Origin: a virus
Strand: one strand, 5' to 3'
IMG/VR virus record: IMGVR_UViG_3300014350_000112
Coordinates: 721 to 64,720 of that record
DNA length: 64,000 bases
Position numbers and translations under genes: made by a program. A model generated the notes under the pieces. It saw nothing but the letters and a program-made list of their open reading frames with translations. It ran no database searches and was not told where the DNA came from. Of the stretch, positions 8,168-17,909 are shown piece by piece (position 1 is the stretch's first letter; every line of letters starts with the position of its first letter).

Positions 8168-9246
8168 TAATCTTTCTCCTTAACATAATTTTTTACTATA
8201 AAAGCACAATCTAAACAGGTGCTGTAAACAATCGGTGCGGTTACTATAGAAGGCAGGCCGTTTAAATTTTTCGCGGCGTCTCCTAATCTTTTCATTATAG
8301 AAGATATAATCTTATAAGGTAAATTTACCGTTTCATCCTCTTTATATAATTTTATTTTCTGGCCTCTAGCAGCATTTTGCTGCGCCCATACTAAACGTTT
8401 TAATATTTCACTTGTAAACTTAAAATCCATACGATAATAATATCCATTAACAAGAGAAGCCATTGTATTTGGTTCTCCCTTTAAAATAAGATCGACTATT
8501 TGATCCGCCCCTTTTTCTGAAGAACTAGTTCCCTGTATAACAGACATAACCATGTCTGATGTTATTTCTTTTTTGGATTTAGAATAACGTAACGCTAATC
8601 CATTTAAACCATTCAGCATAGTTCTAGGATCGCCATTAGCGGCTTCATAAATATACTTTAATAGTTTTTTATATTTTTTGGGAGGAACAAATACATTTTC
8701 TTTTTTACAAACTTTAGCCAATAATCTAATACCGCTTGAAATATCAGGATATTCCAATCTAAATACTGTGCAACGACCCAACATTGTATCTAACAAAGTT
8801 TGAGGTTCGTTAGTGCATAAAATCCAAACATTCTTAGATGGATTTTCTAATTCTTTTAATAATGCACTTACAGCTTGCCTAGTCAAAAGATGGGCTTCAT
8901 CAAGTATGATTATATTATATTTTAAGGTTGGTAAAAATTTAGAAGCATCAATCAATGCTCTTGCATCGTTTACGCCGCCATCTTTACCACAATTAATGTC
9001 TTTAGCCAGACTTTTCTTAAATGTAGGAACACCATTTAAACGTTTAGCTATAATTTGAGCTAAAGTAGTTTTACCAACTCCTGTTGGTCCAGTGATTAAA
9101 ATAGCTTGAGGGGGACGATCCTCTTCTATAAACGCCTCGATACCAGAAACTGTATCTTCATTACCAACAAAGTCTTCTAATTTTCTAACTCTATATTTTT
9201 CTCCCCACGAATTTGAGGAGACGCTATCATCTTTAACTTTAACCAT
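8167..9246 (-). CDS. Clamp-loader AAA+ ATPase (DnaX/RFC-like)
   Basis: WGEKYRVRKLEDFVG, Walker A GPTGVGKT, Walker B IILDEAH, ILCTNE, GRC sensor. Confidence 0.92.
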   Translation of the reverse strand: MVKVKDDSVSSNSWGEKYRVRKLEDFVGNEDTVSGIEAFIEEDRPPQAILITGPTGVGKTTLAQIIAKRLNGVPTFKKSLAKDINCGKDGGVNDARALIDASKFLPTLKYNIIILDEAHLLTRQAVSALLKELENPSKNVWILCTNEPQTLLDTMLGRCTVFRLEYPDISSGIRLLAKVCKKENVFVPPKKYKKLLKYIYEAANGDPRTMLNGLNGLALRYSKSKKEITSDMVMSVIQGTSSSEKGADQIVDLILKGEPNTMASLVNGYYYRMDFKFTSEILKRLVWAQQNAARGQKIKLYKEDETVNLPYKIISSIMKRLGDAAKNLNGLPSIVTAPIVYSTCLDCAFIVKNYVKEKD

Positions 9247-9249
9247 ATT

Positions 9250-10140
9250 TAAAATCCTACGACTAATTATAGATAGGCTTTACCGTATATGAGTAAATAT
9301 TGTTTATATCAAACACGGTAAAGGAATGTTACAACTTTTATTTATGGTGATAATCGCCTAGCACCGACTACGGACGCAAGCCGTCTATGAAACCATATTC
9401 GGTGATCGCTGCACTGGATTGTTTACACCTCTTGGCCGGTCTAACCGGAGCCGAATTGCTATGTGTAAACAAAATTCCTTCGTGTGCAGACTATTATTAC
9501 GTCTTGTGTCACGCGCGCGGGCCAAGGGGGTAGGGGGTTGCGGTAAAGATCCTAATATTAGATACAGGCGCAAAGTGGAGCCGAAATGAAAATCGAGAAA
9601 AAAGAGCCAAAACCGCAAAACCGGCGCGAAGCGCCTAATTTGCGTAATTGGCCTCATTTTCATAAAAGTTTTCAGGAAGGGCCGGAGGCCCTAAACCTAT
9701 ACGCGCGTAGCGCGAGGACTTTAGACGCGCGCCAGCGCGTCTTTAAAACTATAAACTATTTACCTAAAAATAACAATTCCCTATTAATACAGGAACAACC
9801 CCTTCGGGGTTGTTCCTCTACTAAGAGAATAGCTATTAGCGAAGCAGCCTACGGCTGCTTTTGTCTTCTTTCTTTTTCCTATTTAACTTTAATTAGAATA
9901 TTACGCGCGCGCAAATTAGGATTAGGAAATTATGAATTAGGATTTTCAAATTTGAATTTTTGAATTTTTGAATTTTGTTAAAACTTTTAAACAACTCGGG
10001 GAGTTAATTAAACAACAAGGTATTTTGATAAAACTTCAATAAAAAATCTTATTTCTGCCAGTTACTAATTATAAACAAGGGCGTTGCCTTTAAAAAGGCT
10101 TATAACGCCCTATTGTCACGTCTTCTTTAGTAAATAAAGG
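9250..10140. other. Divergence zone with multiple hairpins; candidate origin or structured RNA locus
   Basis: About 0.9 kb between divergent gene blocks; hairpins at 9678-9692, 9723-9742, 9791-9817, 9842-9860, 10078-10111; CGCGCG runs; AT-rich GAATTTTT repeats near 9950-9975. Confidence 0.5.
9586..9963 (+). CDS. Doubtful ORF, 125 aa
   Basis: GGAG RBS and CGGTAAA about 39 nt upstream favour it; overlap with strong hairpins and atypical composition argue against. Confidence 0.25.
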   Translation: MKIEKKEPKPQNRREAPNLRNWPHFHKSFQEGPEALNLYARSARTLDARQRVFKTINYLPKNNNSLLIQEQPLRGCSSTKRIAISEAAYGCFCLLSFSYLTLIRILRARKLGLGNYELGFSNLNF

Positions 10141-10141
10141 T

Positions 10142-10543
10142 ATGTTAATGTTAGGATATGAACTTCCTGCTAGTTATAAACTTTTAGAACAAAATACAGT
10201 AGCTAACATTTATTATCATGCTAGAAAAGCAGGAATTAAACTATTGTTGGAAGTTAGAATACCAGTTTCTCAATTTAAACGAGGAAATTGTAGAGTTGAT
10301 TTAGCTCTTGTTCATAAACGTTTAGTTTTAGCAGTGATTGAAGTTAAACGATCAAATAATTCAGATATAAGTTTTCAAAATAACAAAAAAAATCGAAACG
10401 GAAAACAATATCAAAAATATAAGCAATTAGAAGAAAATTACGGAGTAAGAATTTTCTTTGCTAATAACAAAACAGATATTTCTCTTCTTGTTAAACAGTT
10501 ATTAAAAATTCAAAAATTACATATAAAGAAACTAAAAGCATGA
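10142..10543 (+). CDS. PD-(D/E)XK-fold endonuclease-like protein
   Basis: EV...RVDLALV...VIEVK motif, Q..KY. Confidence 0.6.
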   Translation: MLMLGYELPASYKLLEQNTVANIYYHARKAGIKLLLEVRIPVSQFKRGNCRVDLALVHKRLVLAVIEVKRSNNSDISFQNNKKNRNGKQYQKYKQLEENYGVRIFFANNKTDISLLVKQLLKIQKLHIKKLKA

Positions 10544-10623
10544 ATTGAAGTCGGCGTGTATTAGAAAATACAAACAACGGTAAATATACGAAATCAAGAG
10601 AACCAAAAGGAAAGTTATAGATT

Positions 10624-11211
10624 ATGACTCTTTGGGCAATATCAGACCTTCATTTAGGTCATGCAAATATTCTCAATTTTACGCATCCCAAAGATTTTAC
10701 AAAAAGAATTCGTCCGTTTGAGACAGTGCATGAAATGCACAATGTTATTATAGAGCGTTGGAATTCCAAAATAAAAAAAGATGATACTGTTTATATATTA
10801 GGAGATTTATCATTCAGTAGGCAAGCCTACGATGAAATTTTTTATAAATTGGAGGGTAAACCCCATTTAGTGTTAGGAAATCATGATAAATTTAGCAGAT
10901 TTCATGTGGACGATTTTCTTTCTATAAGTTCTTTGATTTTTAAGGATATACGTTTGCATAACGGAAAGAAAGTCCCGGTTTGCTTTAGCCATGCCCCTAT
11001 TCACGCTAGTTCTATATATCCTAGAGCAGTAATAAATTTTCATGGACATACTCATACTGAATTTGTCGTTACAGACAATAAAGAAAAAGATTTAAGATAT
11101 ATAAATGTTTCTTGTGAAGCGGTAGATTTTTATCCTGTTGATGTTATAGAAGCGGTAAGCAATCAACTGCAACATAAGGACTTTCCATATGACCCATACG
11201 AACGTTATTGA
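10624..11211 (+). CDS. Calcineurin-like metallophosphoesterase
   Basis: SDLHLGH, LGDL, GNHD, FSHAP, HGHTH motifs. Confidence 0.92.
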   Translation: MTLWAISDLHLGHANILNFTHPKDFTKRIRPFETVHEMHNVIIERWNSKIKKDDTVYILGDLSFSRQAYDEIFYKLEGKPHLVLGNHDKFSRFHVDDFLSISSLIFKDIRLHNGKKVPVCFSHAPIHASSIYPRAVINFHGHTHTEFVVTDNKEKDLRYINVSCEAVDFYPVDVIEAVSNQLQHKDFPYDPYERY

Positions 11212-11497
11212 TTTATATAAAGACGTAAGCGATCTTATTCCAGATTTACTATTTTGTATAAAAAATACAGATATGGATAATGTAAGACAATTTTCAGGAT
11301 CAATTTACCCATTACCTACATATTATAAAAGAGCAAGGTTATTAACCGCAAAATTTATCAAAGAAAGAAAAGACGGTTCCTTTTATGTAACCTTGATAGG
11401 AAAAGAAGTAGCTGAATCATTTTCTCGTAATAAAAACAGAGATATTAATTTTATAGAAAAATTAATTGAATATAATAAAGACAAAACTAAATTGTAA
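11189..11497 (+). CDS. Hypothetical protein, 102 aa
   Basis: ORF in operon. Confidence 0.6.
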   Translation: MTHTNVIDLYKDVSDLIPDLLFCIKNTDMDNVRQFSGSIYPLPTYYKRARLLTAKFIKERKDGSFYVTLIGKEVAESFSRNKNRDINFIEKLIEYNKDKTKL

Positions 11498-11510
11498 AGG
11501 AGTGTTTTTT

Positions 11511-12062
11511 ATGAGTATTAATCGTTTTCATTATAATGAAATTGAATATTGCTTTTTTTCTTATAAACGCATATTAGATATGTTAGATGGAAAATTTGAT
11601 CCCATGGCTATGGAAGAATCTATTACTAGTATTATGGATAAAAACTTTGCAAAAACAATAATAAATAAGTTTAAATTGTTTGTTAAAAACGACGGTTCCA
11701 ATGGGTTGTTGTCTCCGTCAGGACATTTTATTCCATGCGATTATGAAGGTCATATTTATCTGTATTGTGCTCTTGGAATACACAGCACTTTTGAAAAAGA
11801 TGGGACCATTGATTTAACGCCGGATATTATAGGAGATAGGTTTGGGTGGATAAAAATATCGGACGCAGTAGCTCATTGTTTGTATAGACCAACTATACTG
11901 CAAAAAAGAACACTACGTAAAATCGAAGAATTTCTGTCTAGTAATAGAATTAAGTTTGATATAATTGAACATAGCTCAGATGCTCCGCTGAATGGTTATA
12001 ATTCTTTTTGTATGGACAATTTTTTATCAAAACACCGATTAATAGGGTTGTATGATGGGTAA
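11511..12062 (+). CDS. Hypothetical protein with GLLSPSG..IPC...H motif
   Basis: Start re-set to ATG 11511 (AGGAG RBS). Confidence 0.7.
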   Translation: MSINRFHYNEIEYCFFSYKRILDMLDGKFDPMAMEESITSIMDKNFAKTIINKFKLFVKNDGSNGLLSPSGHFIPCDYEGHIYLYCALGIHSTFEKDGTIDLTPDIIGDRFGWIKISDAVAHCLYRPTILQKRTLRKIEEFLSSNRIKFDIIEHSSDAPLNGYNSFCMDNFLSKHRLIGLYDG

Positions 12063-12630
12063 CATTTATACAATTTTAAATAAGCGTAAATTTATTTTAA
12101 AACCAGAACTGTCTTATAAAATAAACTCTAAAAACTTTACAATTAAAACAAAAAAATTGGAATTGGAACATATACATAATAGTAATTTTCCGTTTCCAGA
12201 AAGCAATAATGTTTCAAAAAGCAATAAAAGTAATAATGTTATTTTTATAAATAATAAGAGTGCTAGGTATGAGTTAGAATTTGAATACTTTGCATATATC
12301 GACAATCCTTTAGAATATTCTTTAAGTATAGCATTACTAAATACAAACGTCATTAATATGCTAAATCCTATAAAAATTCTTTTATCTATTTTTCCTATAA
12401 ATCCTCAAAGATATTTTTCGTCTTTTAGAGTTAACGGAGACAATTTAGAAGACTTATTGCTGGAATTAATTATATCTAAACCAGTTAAAAAAATAAATTT
12501 AAATATGAATACTATTGAAGAGTCAGCAGTGGTTATAGATAATTCATATGATAATACTCTGTTATCGGAAGAAAGAAAAATAAATAGTTTAGTAATACAA
12601 AATATTCGTTTACTTAAATTTGATCGCTAG
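12052..12630 (+). CDS. Hypothetical protein, 192 aa
   Basis: ORF in operon. Confidence 0.6.
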   Translation: MMGNIYTILNKRKFILKPELSYKINSKNFTIKTKKLELEHIHNSNFPFPESNNVSKSNKSNNVIFINNKSARYELEFEYFAYIDNPLEYSLSIALLNTNVINMLNPIKILLSIFPINPQRYFSSFRVNGDNLEDLLLELIISKPVKKINLNMNTIEESAVVIDNSYDNTLLSEERKINSLVIQNIRLLKFDR

Positions 12631-12641
12631 GAAAATTTACT

Positions 12642-13139
12642 ATGAGTTCAAAAAACATTAAACCTTGGGAAGTAAAAAGAAACTTTTTTAATGAATTTTC
12701 TTATTTTTATCTTAAAAAAAATAAAAATGTTCTTTACGGACAAGAAGGCCCGTTTAAAGAACTAGAGGCATCAAATGCTTTTTCTTCTTTAGAAGATGCT
12801 AAAGCAAGTAGAGATAAAAACTTATCAGAGTATATAGAATGGTTAGGAGATATGCGCAACATTGCGGCCGCAGCACTAAAAAATATACAATTTCGATTGA
12901 ACGCTATTGAAAAAAATATTTTAGTCGATTTCTCTGATATAAAAAGTGTTTTTCGTAAAGGAAAATTTGGTAAATATTATTATAGAATTCCTTTCAATAA
13001 AAAAATCTATCAATCTATACATGGATATTCTAGCAGCTTTGATGCTAAAAAACAAAGAGCAATCTTAATGAAAATGATTTTAGATAAAACTCTTACTGAT
13101 AAATATTTATCAGAACGTCATCATATCATAATATTGTAG
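12642..13139 (+). CDS. Hypothetical protein, 165 aa
   Basis: AGGAAA RBS. Confidence 0.7.
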   Translation: MSSKNIKPWEVKRNFFNEFSYFYLKKNKNVLYGQEGPFKELEASNAFSSLEDAKASRDKNLSEYIEWLGDMRNIAAAALKNIQFRLNAIEKNILVDFSDIKSVFRKGKFGKYYYRIPFNKKIYQSIHGYSSSFDAKKQRAILMKMILDKTLTDKYLSERHHIIIL

Positions 13140-13152
13140 GGAAAGAACTCAA

Positions 13153-13515
13153 ATGACCAGTTTTCAAAAAAACAGAGCAGTCAATATTTCTCCTTTTAGT
13201 ATAGCTGAAAAACTAAAAAAAGAATATGAAAAAATTAGTAATGATCGTTTGATGATATATAATATACGTGTTAATTCTTTATTAGAAACACGAGGAATGT
13301 TATTGAACGAAAGAGTAGATGAGCTTTTCCAAGCAAATAAAAATTATGTGGAAAAATATAGAGATATAAGAAACAAAACAGAACTAGCTCTTACTACAGT
13401 AGTAGAAAATTTAGAGACGGCCTTAAATCTTAATTTAGATGGTGATATTAGTAATATATTAGCTTCCATATCAGAAATTCTTAGAGATTTATGTGATGAA
13501 ATATTTGAAGATTGA
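13153..13515 (+). CDS. Hypothetical helical protein, 120 aa
   Basis: AGGGA RBS. Confidence 0.7.
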   Translation: MTSFQKNRAVNISPFSIAEKLKKEYEKISNDRLMIYNIRVNSLLETRGMLLNERVDELFQANKNYVEKYRDIRNKTELALTTVVENLETALNLNLDGDISNILASISEILRDLCDEIFED

Positions 13516-14074
13516 AGATATATCTATTGAGAATAATAAGCTAGAAAAGTTACAAAAATATATTAGTAAAAGAAAAGTAGTAGCTGTTGCCGGACACAGG
13601 CCAAATCATCTTGGAGGATATTCCAACGATGTTCATAAATTATTAGTGAAAACAGCCAAGCGCGCTTTAAAAAAAGTTAAGCCTGACGTAATTATAACTG
13701 GTATGACTTTAGGATGGGGTCAGGCTGTTGCAGAAGCTTGTATTAAACTAAATATACCATTTATAGCAGCGATACCTAACAAAGACTTTGGTAAATCGTG
13801 GAGCGAAAGTTTTGTTGCGCGTTACCTTGATTTATTAAGTCGTGCTAAATATGTTTACTTAGCTTATTCTAAACCTTATAGTTTTTTTACTATAGCTAAT
13901 AGAAATATGTGGATGGTTGATAATGCAAATAAATTATTAGCTTGCTGGAATGAAGAACTATTAAAAGGAGATACTTACGAAACAGTTGAATACTGTAAAA
14001 AGGTTAACAAACCTATAGAAAACGTGTATTCTATTTTTAAAAAATTACAAGAAAAGGGAACGGTAAATGGATAA
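13493..14074 (+). CDS. YspA/DUF1273-like SLOG-family protein
   Basis: VAVAGHRPNHLGGY, GMTLGWGQAVAE, RNMWMVDN, G.T..TV.Y motifs. Confidence 0.8.
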   Translation: MMKYLKIEDISIENNKLEKLQKYISKRKVVAVAGHRPNHLGGYSNDVHKLLVKTAKRALKKVKPDVIITGMTLGWGQAVAEACIKLNIPFIAAIPNKDFGKSWSESFVARYLDLLSRAKYVYLAYSKPYSFFTIANRNMWMVDNANKLLACWNEELLKGDTYETVEYCKKVNKPIENVYSIFKKLQEKGTVNG

Positions 14075-14573
14075 CAGCATTTTAAAAATTTCAAAATTGC
14101 ATCCAGAAGCTATTATACCTGAAAGAGCAACCCCTGTAGCGGCTGGTCTTGATTTGTTTGCGTGTCTTCCAGATAAAAAGTTTTTCATTCTTTATGGAGA
14201 AAGAGTTTTAATACCAACAGGTATTAGTGTATCTATTCCTGATGGTTATTATGGTAGAATAGCCCCTCGCTCTGGATTGGCTTTAAAATCTGGTTTTGAT
14301 GTTTTAGCTGGAGTTATAGATCAAGACTACCGGGGAGAACTAAAAGTTATGTTAGGAGTCACGACTAGCCATAACTTAGATATTTCCAGTCTAAAAGTTT
14401 CTATAAGTGATGTATATAAAGATACAAAAGTAAACGATAATTTTGTTATTAAACATGGAACAAAAATTGCGCAACTTATTATAGAAAAAATTGTCTATCC
14501 AAAAGTAGAAATTGTAGACAATTTAGATAATACAGTGCGTGGGGATGGAGGCTTTGGTTCTACTGGTATTTAA
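14067..14573 (+). CDS. dut: Trimeric dUTPase
   Basis: AAGLDL, IAPRSGLA, GVIDQDYRGE, IAQL, RGDGGFGSTG. Confidence 0.96.
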   Translation: MDNSILKISKLHPEAIIPERATPVAAGLDLFACLPDKKFFILYGERVLIPTGISVSIPDGYYGRIAPRSGLALKSGFDVLAGVIDQDYRGELKVMLGVTTSHNLDISSLKVSISDVYKDTKVNDNFVIKHGTKIAQLIIEKIVYPKVEIVDNLDNTVRGDGGFGSTGI

Positions 14574-14636
14574 ATACCAAAGCTTTATAATGTTAAAAAC
14601 AGGAAGTAGTTAAACAGGTAATAAAGAGGTTATGTA

Positions 14637-15143
14637 ATGAGCATTATCAATCATTTTGTTAGCGAAATGCGTATTGCTAAATTTTCGCAGGCTGATATTG
14701 ATGTATTACAGCGTGCAATGGAAAAGTTTTTAGAGCATTACGACAGTGGAGGGTCTGTTTGGGCTATGTCTAACTATCTCCAACAGCTTAAAACATACGA
14801 CAATAAAGAAGGTGAAATCGGTGAAGTAATAGACATATTACGTAAGCGTTTTAATACAGATAAAAGCATGAAAGATGCAATTGAAATTTTTGTTCGAGGT
14901 TTGGCTTTTGCTCCATTAACTCCTCTCGCTGGCGAAGATGATGAGTGGATTGAGGTAGGCACGGGCGTATATCAAAATACCAGAATGGCAACGGTATTTA
15001 AAGACCCCCGTTTTCACGATGGAAAAAAAGCTTTTGATTTAGAAAATCCAGAAGGTGCTCGCGCAGCTATTTCATTTCCATACATGCGTAAACAAGTATC
15101 GGTTTCGTCTCCAGAAATGATTTTTGAAACTGAGTCTGCATAG
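14637..15143 (+). CDS. Conserved-type phage hypothetical protein
   Basis: LTPLAGEDDEW..V..GVYQN.R...VFKD motif; AGAGG RBS. Confidence 0.75.
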   Translation: MSIINHFVSEMRIAKFSQADIDVLQRAMEKFLEHYDSGGSVWAMSNYLQQLKTYDNKEGEIGEVIDILRKRFNTDKSMKDAIEIFVRGLAFAPLTPLAGEDDEWIEVGTGVYQNTRMATVFKDPRFHDGKKAFDLENPEGARAAISFPYMRKQVSVSSPEMIFETESA

Positions 15144-15155
15144 AAACGTATTGAA

Positions 15156-15863
15156 ATGAAACGTTATACGCCCCATTCAAAAATAAAACGACGTGAAATA
15201 ACGCCTGAAGAAAAAAAAGCACGCGCTCGCAAGATGAAGTTAATCAAGCGAGCGACGCGCGAACAGACGTTTAGAACACCATATTGGATTTTTAAATATC
15301 TTATTAAGCTTTATCCTCATTATTTTAAAGGCCGTGTCCTTGATCCGGCTGCTGGTGATGGGCGTTATATTAAGGCATTAATTAAACATTTCAAGCATAA
15401 AGAATATCGTATGCTTGAGTTACGTAATGAAGAAAAAGCTGCGTGGAAAATTAATGGTTTATACGATAAGTTGGGTAAGCAAAATTGCCGCATAGTTGAT
15501 TTTTTTGATTACGACGATCCTAAACTTTTTGATAATGCTGTTACAAATCCACCATTCACTATGTCTATTCTTTTTATTAAAAAAATGTTGAAGCATGTAA
15601 AAAAAGGAGGCCACGTTACTATTCTTGAGAAGCACTCGTTTGATACTGGCGAAAAACGTTCATTAGAATTAGATTCTCTTCCATTGAAAGAAATAATTGT
15701 AATGCCGTTTCGTATAACGTTTGAGATTGATGGGTTGAAATCTAGCGAATTACAAAGCGCAACTTATTGTCATAGTTTCTTTGTCTTTAAAAAAGGTTAT
15801 AGTGGTCCTGTCACCAGAACGTTCTATCATAAACCGGGACATTTACGTAAACGTAGTAAATAA
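15156..15863 (+). CDS. N6-adenine (or N4-cytosine) DNA methyltransferase
   Basis: SAM-binding VLDPAAGDG and catalytic NPPF. Confidence 0.8.
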   Translation: MKRYTPHSKIKRREITPEEKKARARKMKLIKRATREQTFRTPYWIFKYLIKLYPHYFKGRVLDPAAGDGRYIKALIKHFKHKEYRMLELRNEEKAAWKINGLYDKLGKQNCRIVDFFDYDDPKLFDNAVTNPPFTMSILFIKKMLKHVKKGGHVTILEKHSFDTGEKRSLELDSLPLKEIIVMPFRITFEIDGLKSSELQSATYCHSFFVFKKGYSGPVTRTFYHKPGHLRKRSK

Positions 15864-15882
15864 GCAATAGGAAAACAGGACT

Positions 15883-16215
15883 ATGGACAACGCCTTGTTG
15901 ATTATGTTTCTTGCTTTAGTTTGGGCGCATACTTTACTAGATTACGCCCTTCAAGGTGATTTCGTGTCAAAGGCTAAGAATTTTGTCAGTCCAATTTCCG
16001 GTGTGCCGCCGCGTCTCATTCTTTTTCAACACGCCTTTTTACAGGCGGGTGCGGTTGTTTATATAACTGGTTCATTGTTGCTAGGAATAGTTGAATTGAT
16101 TGCACATTATATCATCGATTCTTTAAAAATTACAAATAAGATTTCGTTTTATATCGATCAGTTCTTGCATGTATTATGTAAGGTCATCTATATTTTAATT
16201 ATAGCAAAGATTTAA
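15883..16215 (+). CDS. DUF3307-like membrane protein
   Basis: AH...DY.LQGDF...K, H.FL, HY.ID..K, DQ.LH pattern. Confidence 0.75.
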   Translation: MDNALLIMFLALVWAHTLLDYALQGDFVSKAKNFVSPISGVPPRLILFQHAFLQAGAVVYITGSLLLGIVELIAHYIIDSLKITNKISFYIDQFLHVLCKVIYILIIAKI

Positions 16216-16267
16216 ATTTATAGGAAAAGCTTCTTGACATTAAAAAGTAAATTTAGAAAGGTATCTT

Positions 16268-16957
16268 ATGAGTGAAAATTCTTGTATATTATTGTTAAAT
16301 GGTCCTCCGGGTTCCGGTAAAGATACTATAGGAAATATTATTCAATCTTTATACGAAAATCACTCAATAAAAATTACTCGTTTTGCCTTTGCGGACCCAA
16401 TTAAAAAAGGTTTACATGCTTTACTTGGTATAGATCATTTAGATAAAGAAATATTTGAAACGTCTAAAGATAAACCATTAAAAGTATTAACATCAGGAAC
16501 TATAGATAACGAAGAAACGTTACGGGATTGTTATATAGATATTGCAGAAAACTTTATGCGTAAAAAATATGGAAAAGACATATTTGCTAAAATAGCGGTA
16601 AATAAAATTAACACTTCCAGCGCGTCTTATTTAAAGCCGCCCCTTACAATTATAACTGATTTAGGGTTTGATTCTGAATTAGATATTATACAAAAAGCTT
16701 TAAAAAATTCCTATTATATATCTGTATGGAATGTATTTAGACCAGAAAAAGATTTTAGTAAAGATAGTCGTAATTACGTATATCCAAAAAACGAATTGGA
16801 AGAATCTCCTAATAAAATTGTATCTATAAAAATCATCAATGATGGGCCATTACATCTTTTAAGTGATAAAGTAAGAAACGCTCTATATGAATGGGGTAGT
16901 TATATTAAACTATCTGAAAAAGAAAACCGTAATAACATACAAAACGAAGAGAAATAG
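16268..16957 (+). CDS. Deoxynucleoside monophosphate kinase
   Basis: LNGPPGSGKDT P-loop, RFAFADPIK, IITDLGF..E. Confidence 0.85.
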   Translation: MSENSCILLLNGPPGSGKDTIGNIIQSLYENHSIKITRFAFADPIKKGLHALLGIDHLDKEIFETSKDKPLKVLTSGTIDNEETLRDCYIDIAENFMRKKYGKDIFAKIAVNKINTSSASYLKPPLTIITDLGFDSELDIIQKALKNSYYISVWNVFRPEKDFSKDSRNYVYPKNELEESPNKIVSIKIINDGPLHLLSDKVRNALYEWGSYIKLSEKENRNNIQNEEK

Positions 16958-16958
16958 C

Positions 16959-17792
16959 ATGATTTTTGCAACAAAAAATTTTGATGCCTATTATCTTTTA
17001 CTTCTTAATCATCTTCTTTCTTTTGGAGAAAAACGTCCAGATAGAACAGGAGTTGGGACTTTTTCATTATTTGGTCAACAGTTAAATTTTGACATATCCA
17101 CATATTTTCCTTTACTGACTACGAAAAAAATGTTTTGGCGCGGTATAGTGGAAGAATTATGTTGGATGTTAAGGGGGGACACTAATTGGAAAACTTTAGC
17201 AGAAAAAGATGTTCACATATGGGATGATTGGGGTGATAAGGAAACAGGAGAGCTTGGACCTGTTTATGGAAAAATGTGGACTCAGTGGCCGGGTAAAGAA
17301 AAAAAGACTATTAACCAATTGAATGATCTTCTTATAAATATGGAAAAAGACCCCTTTTCTCGTAGACACATAGTAACAGCATGGAATCCTGCTTATATAA
17401 AAGATCAATCCCTTCCGCCGTGTCATTGTTTCTTTCAATTTTATGTTCATAATACAACGGGAGATAAAAAGGGTTTATCTTGTAAACTCTATATGCGCTC
17501 GTGCGATATATTTTTAGGATTACCCTTCAATATAGCTTCTTATGCTTTATTAACATATATTATAGCTGAAAAACTTAACATGACTCCAAATCAATTATCT
17601 ATAACATTTGGAGATTTACATTTATATGAAAATCATATTGAACCAGCTAAGATACAATTAACAAGAAAGCCTTTTGATTATCCTACTTTAAAAATTCTTA
17701 AAGTTACCGATCTTGATAATTATACATATTCGGATTTTCAACTTTTAAATTATAAATCTCATTCTACTATAAAAGCACCAATAGCAGTTTAG
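16959..17792 (+). CDS. thyA: Thymidylate synthase
   Basis: DRTGVGT, FPLLTTKK, ELGPVYG, LPPCH, RSCD.FLGLPFNIASY; start re-set to ATG 16959. Confidence 0.97.
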   Translation: MIFATKNFDAYYLLLLNHLLSFGEKRPDRTGVGTFSLFGQQLNFDISTYFPLLTTKKMFWRGIVEELCWMLRGDTNWKTLAEKDVHIWDDWGDKETGELGPVYGKMWTQWPGKEKKTINQLNDLLINMEKDPFSRRHIVTAWNPAYIKDQSLPPCHCFFQFYVHNTTGDKKGLSCKLYMRSCDIFLGLPFNIASYALLTYIIAEKLNMTPNQLSITFGDLHLYENHIEPAKIQLTRKPFDYPTLKILKVTDLDNYTYSDFQLLNYKSHSTIKAPIAV

Positions 17793-17802
17793 GAGAATAG
17801 TA

Positions 17803-17898
17803 ATGGCAAATTTCAAAAAAGACGGAGACGGTTTCTTTTTTGTAATTGTGGTTAATTTAATTGTTATATTGGCTATTTCAACATTTTTTATGTTGTAG
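17803..17898 (+). CDS. 31-aa single-TM micro-protein
   Basis: AGGAGA RBS; MANFKKDGDGFFFVIVVNLIVILAISTFFML* (below the ORF-track cut-off). Confidence 0.6.
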   Translation: MANFKKDGDGFFFVIVVNLIVILAISTFFML

Positions 17899-17909
17899 AA
17901 AGAATTTAA

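Noticed and set aside
9519-9543. Potential G-quadruplex in the divergence zone
   Set aside because: Only three tracts of 3 or more G plus a GG; too weak to call on its own.
9698-9709. TATACGCGCGTA matches the centre of the N15 telRL protelomerase site; the 50558 protein has a tyrosine-recombinase-type pentad
   Set aside because: The palindrome is only 10 bp without the flanking inverted arms, and the 50558 protein context fits TopIB rather than TelN.
14061-14067. CGGTAAA copies at 14061, 53167 and 63570
   Set aside because: They lie within 0-8 nt of the next start codon, too close for the spacing seen at the other sites; probably chance or serving other starts.
10142-15863. Possible restriction-modification system (endonuclease 10142 plus MTase 15156)
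   Set aside because: The genes are about 4.6 kb apart with unrelated genes between; each is common as a solitary phage gene.
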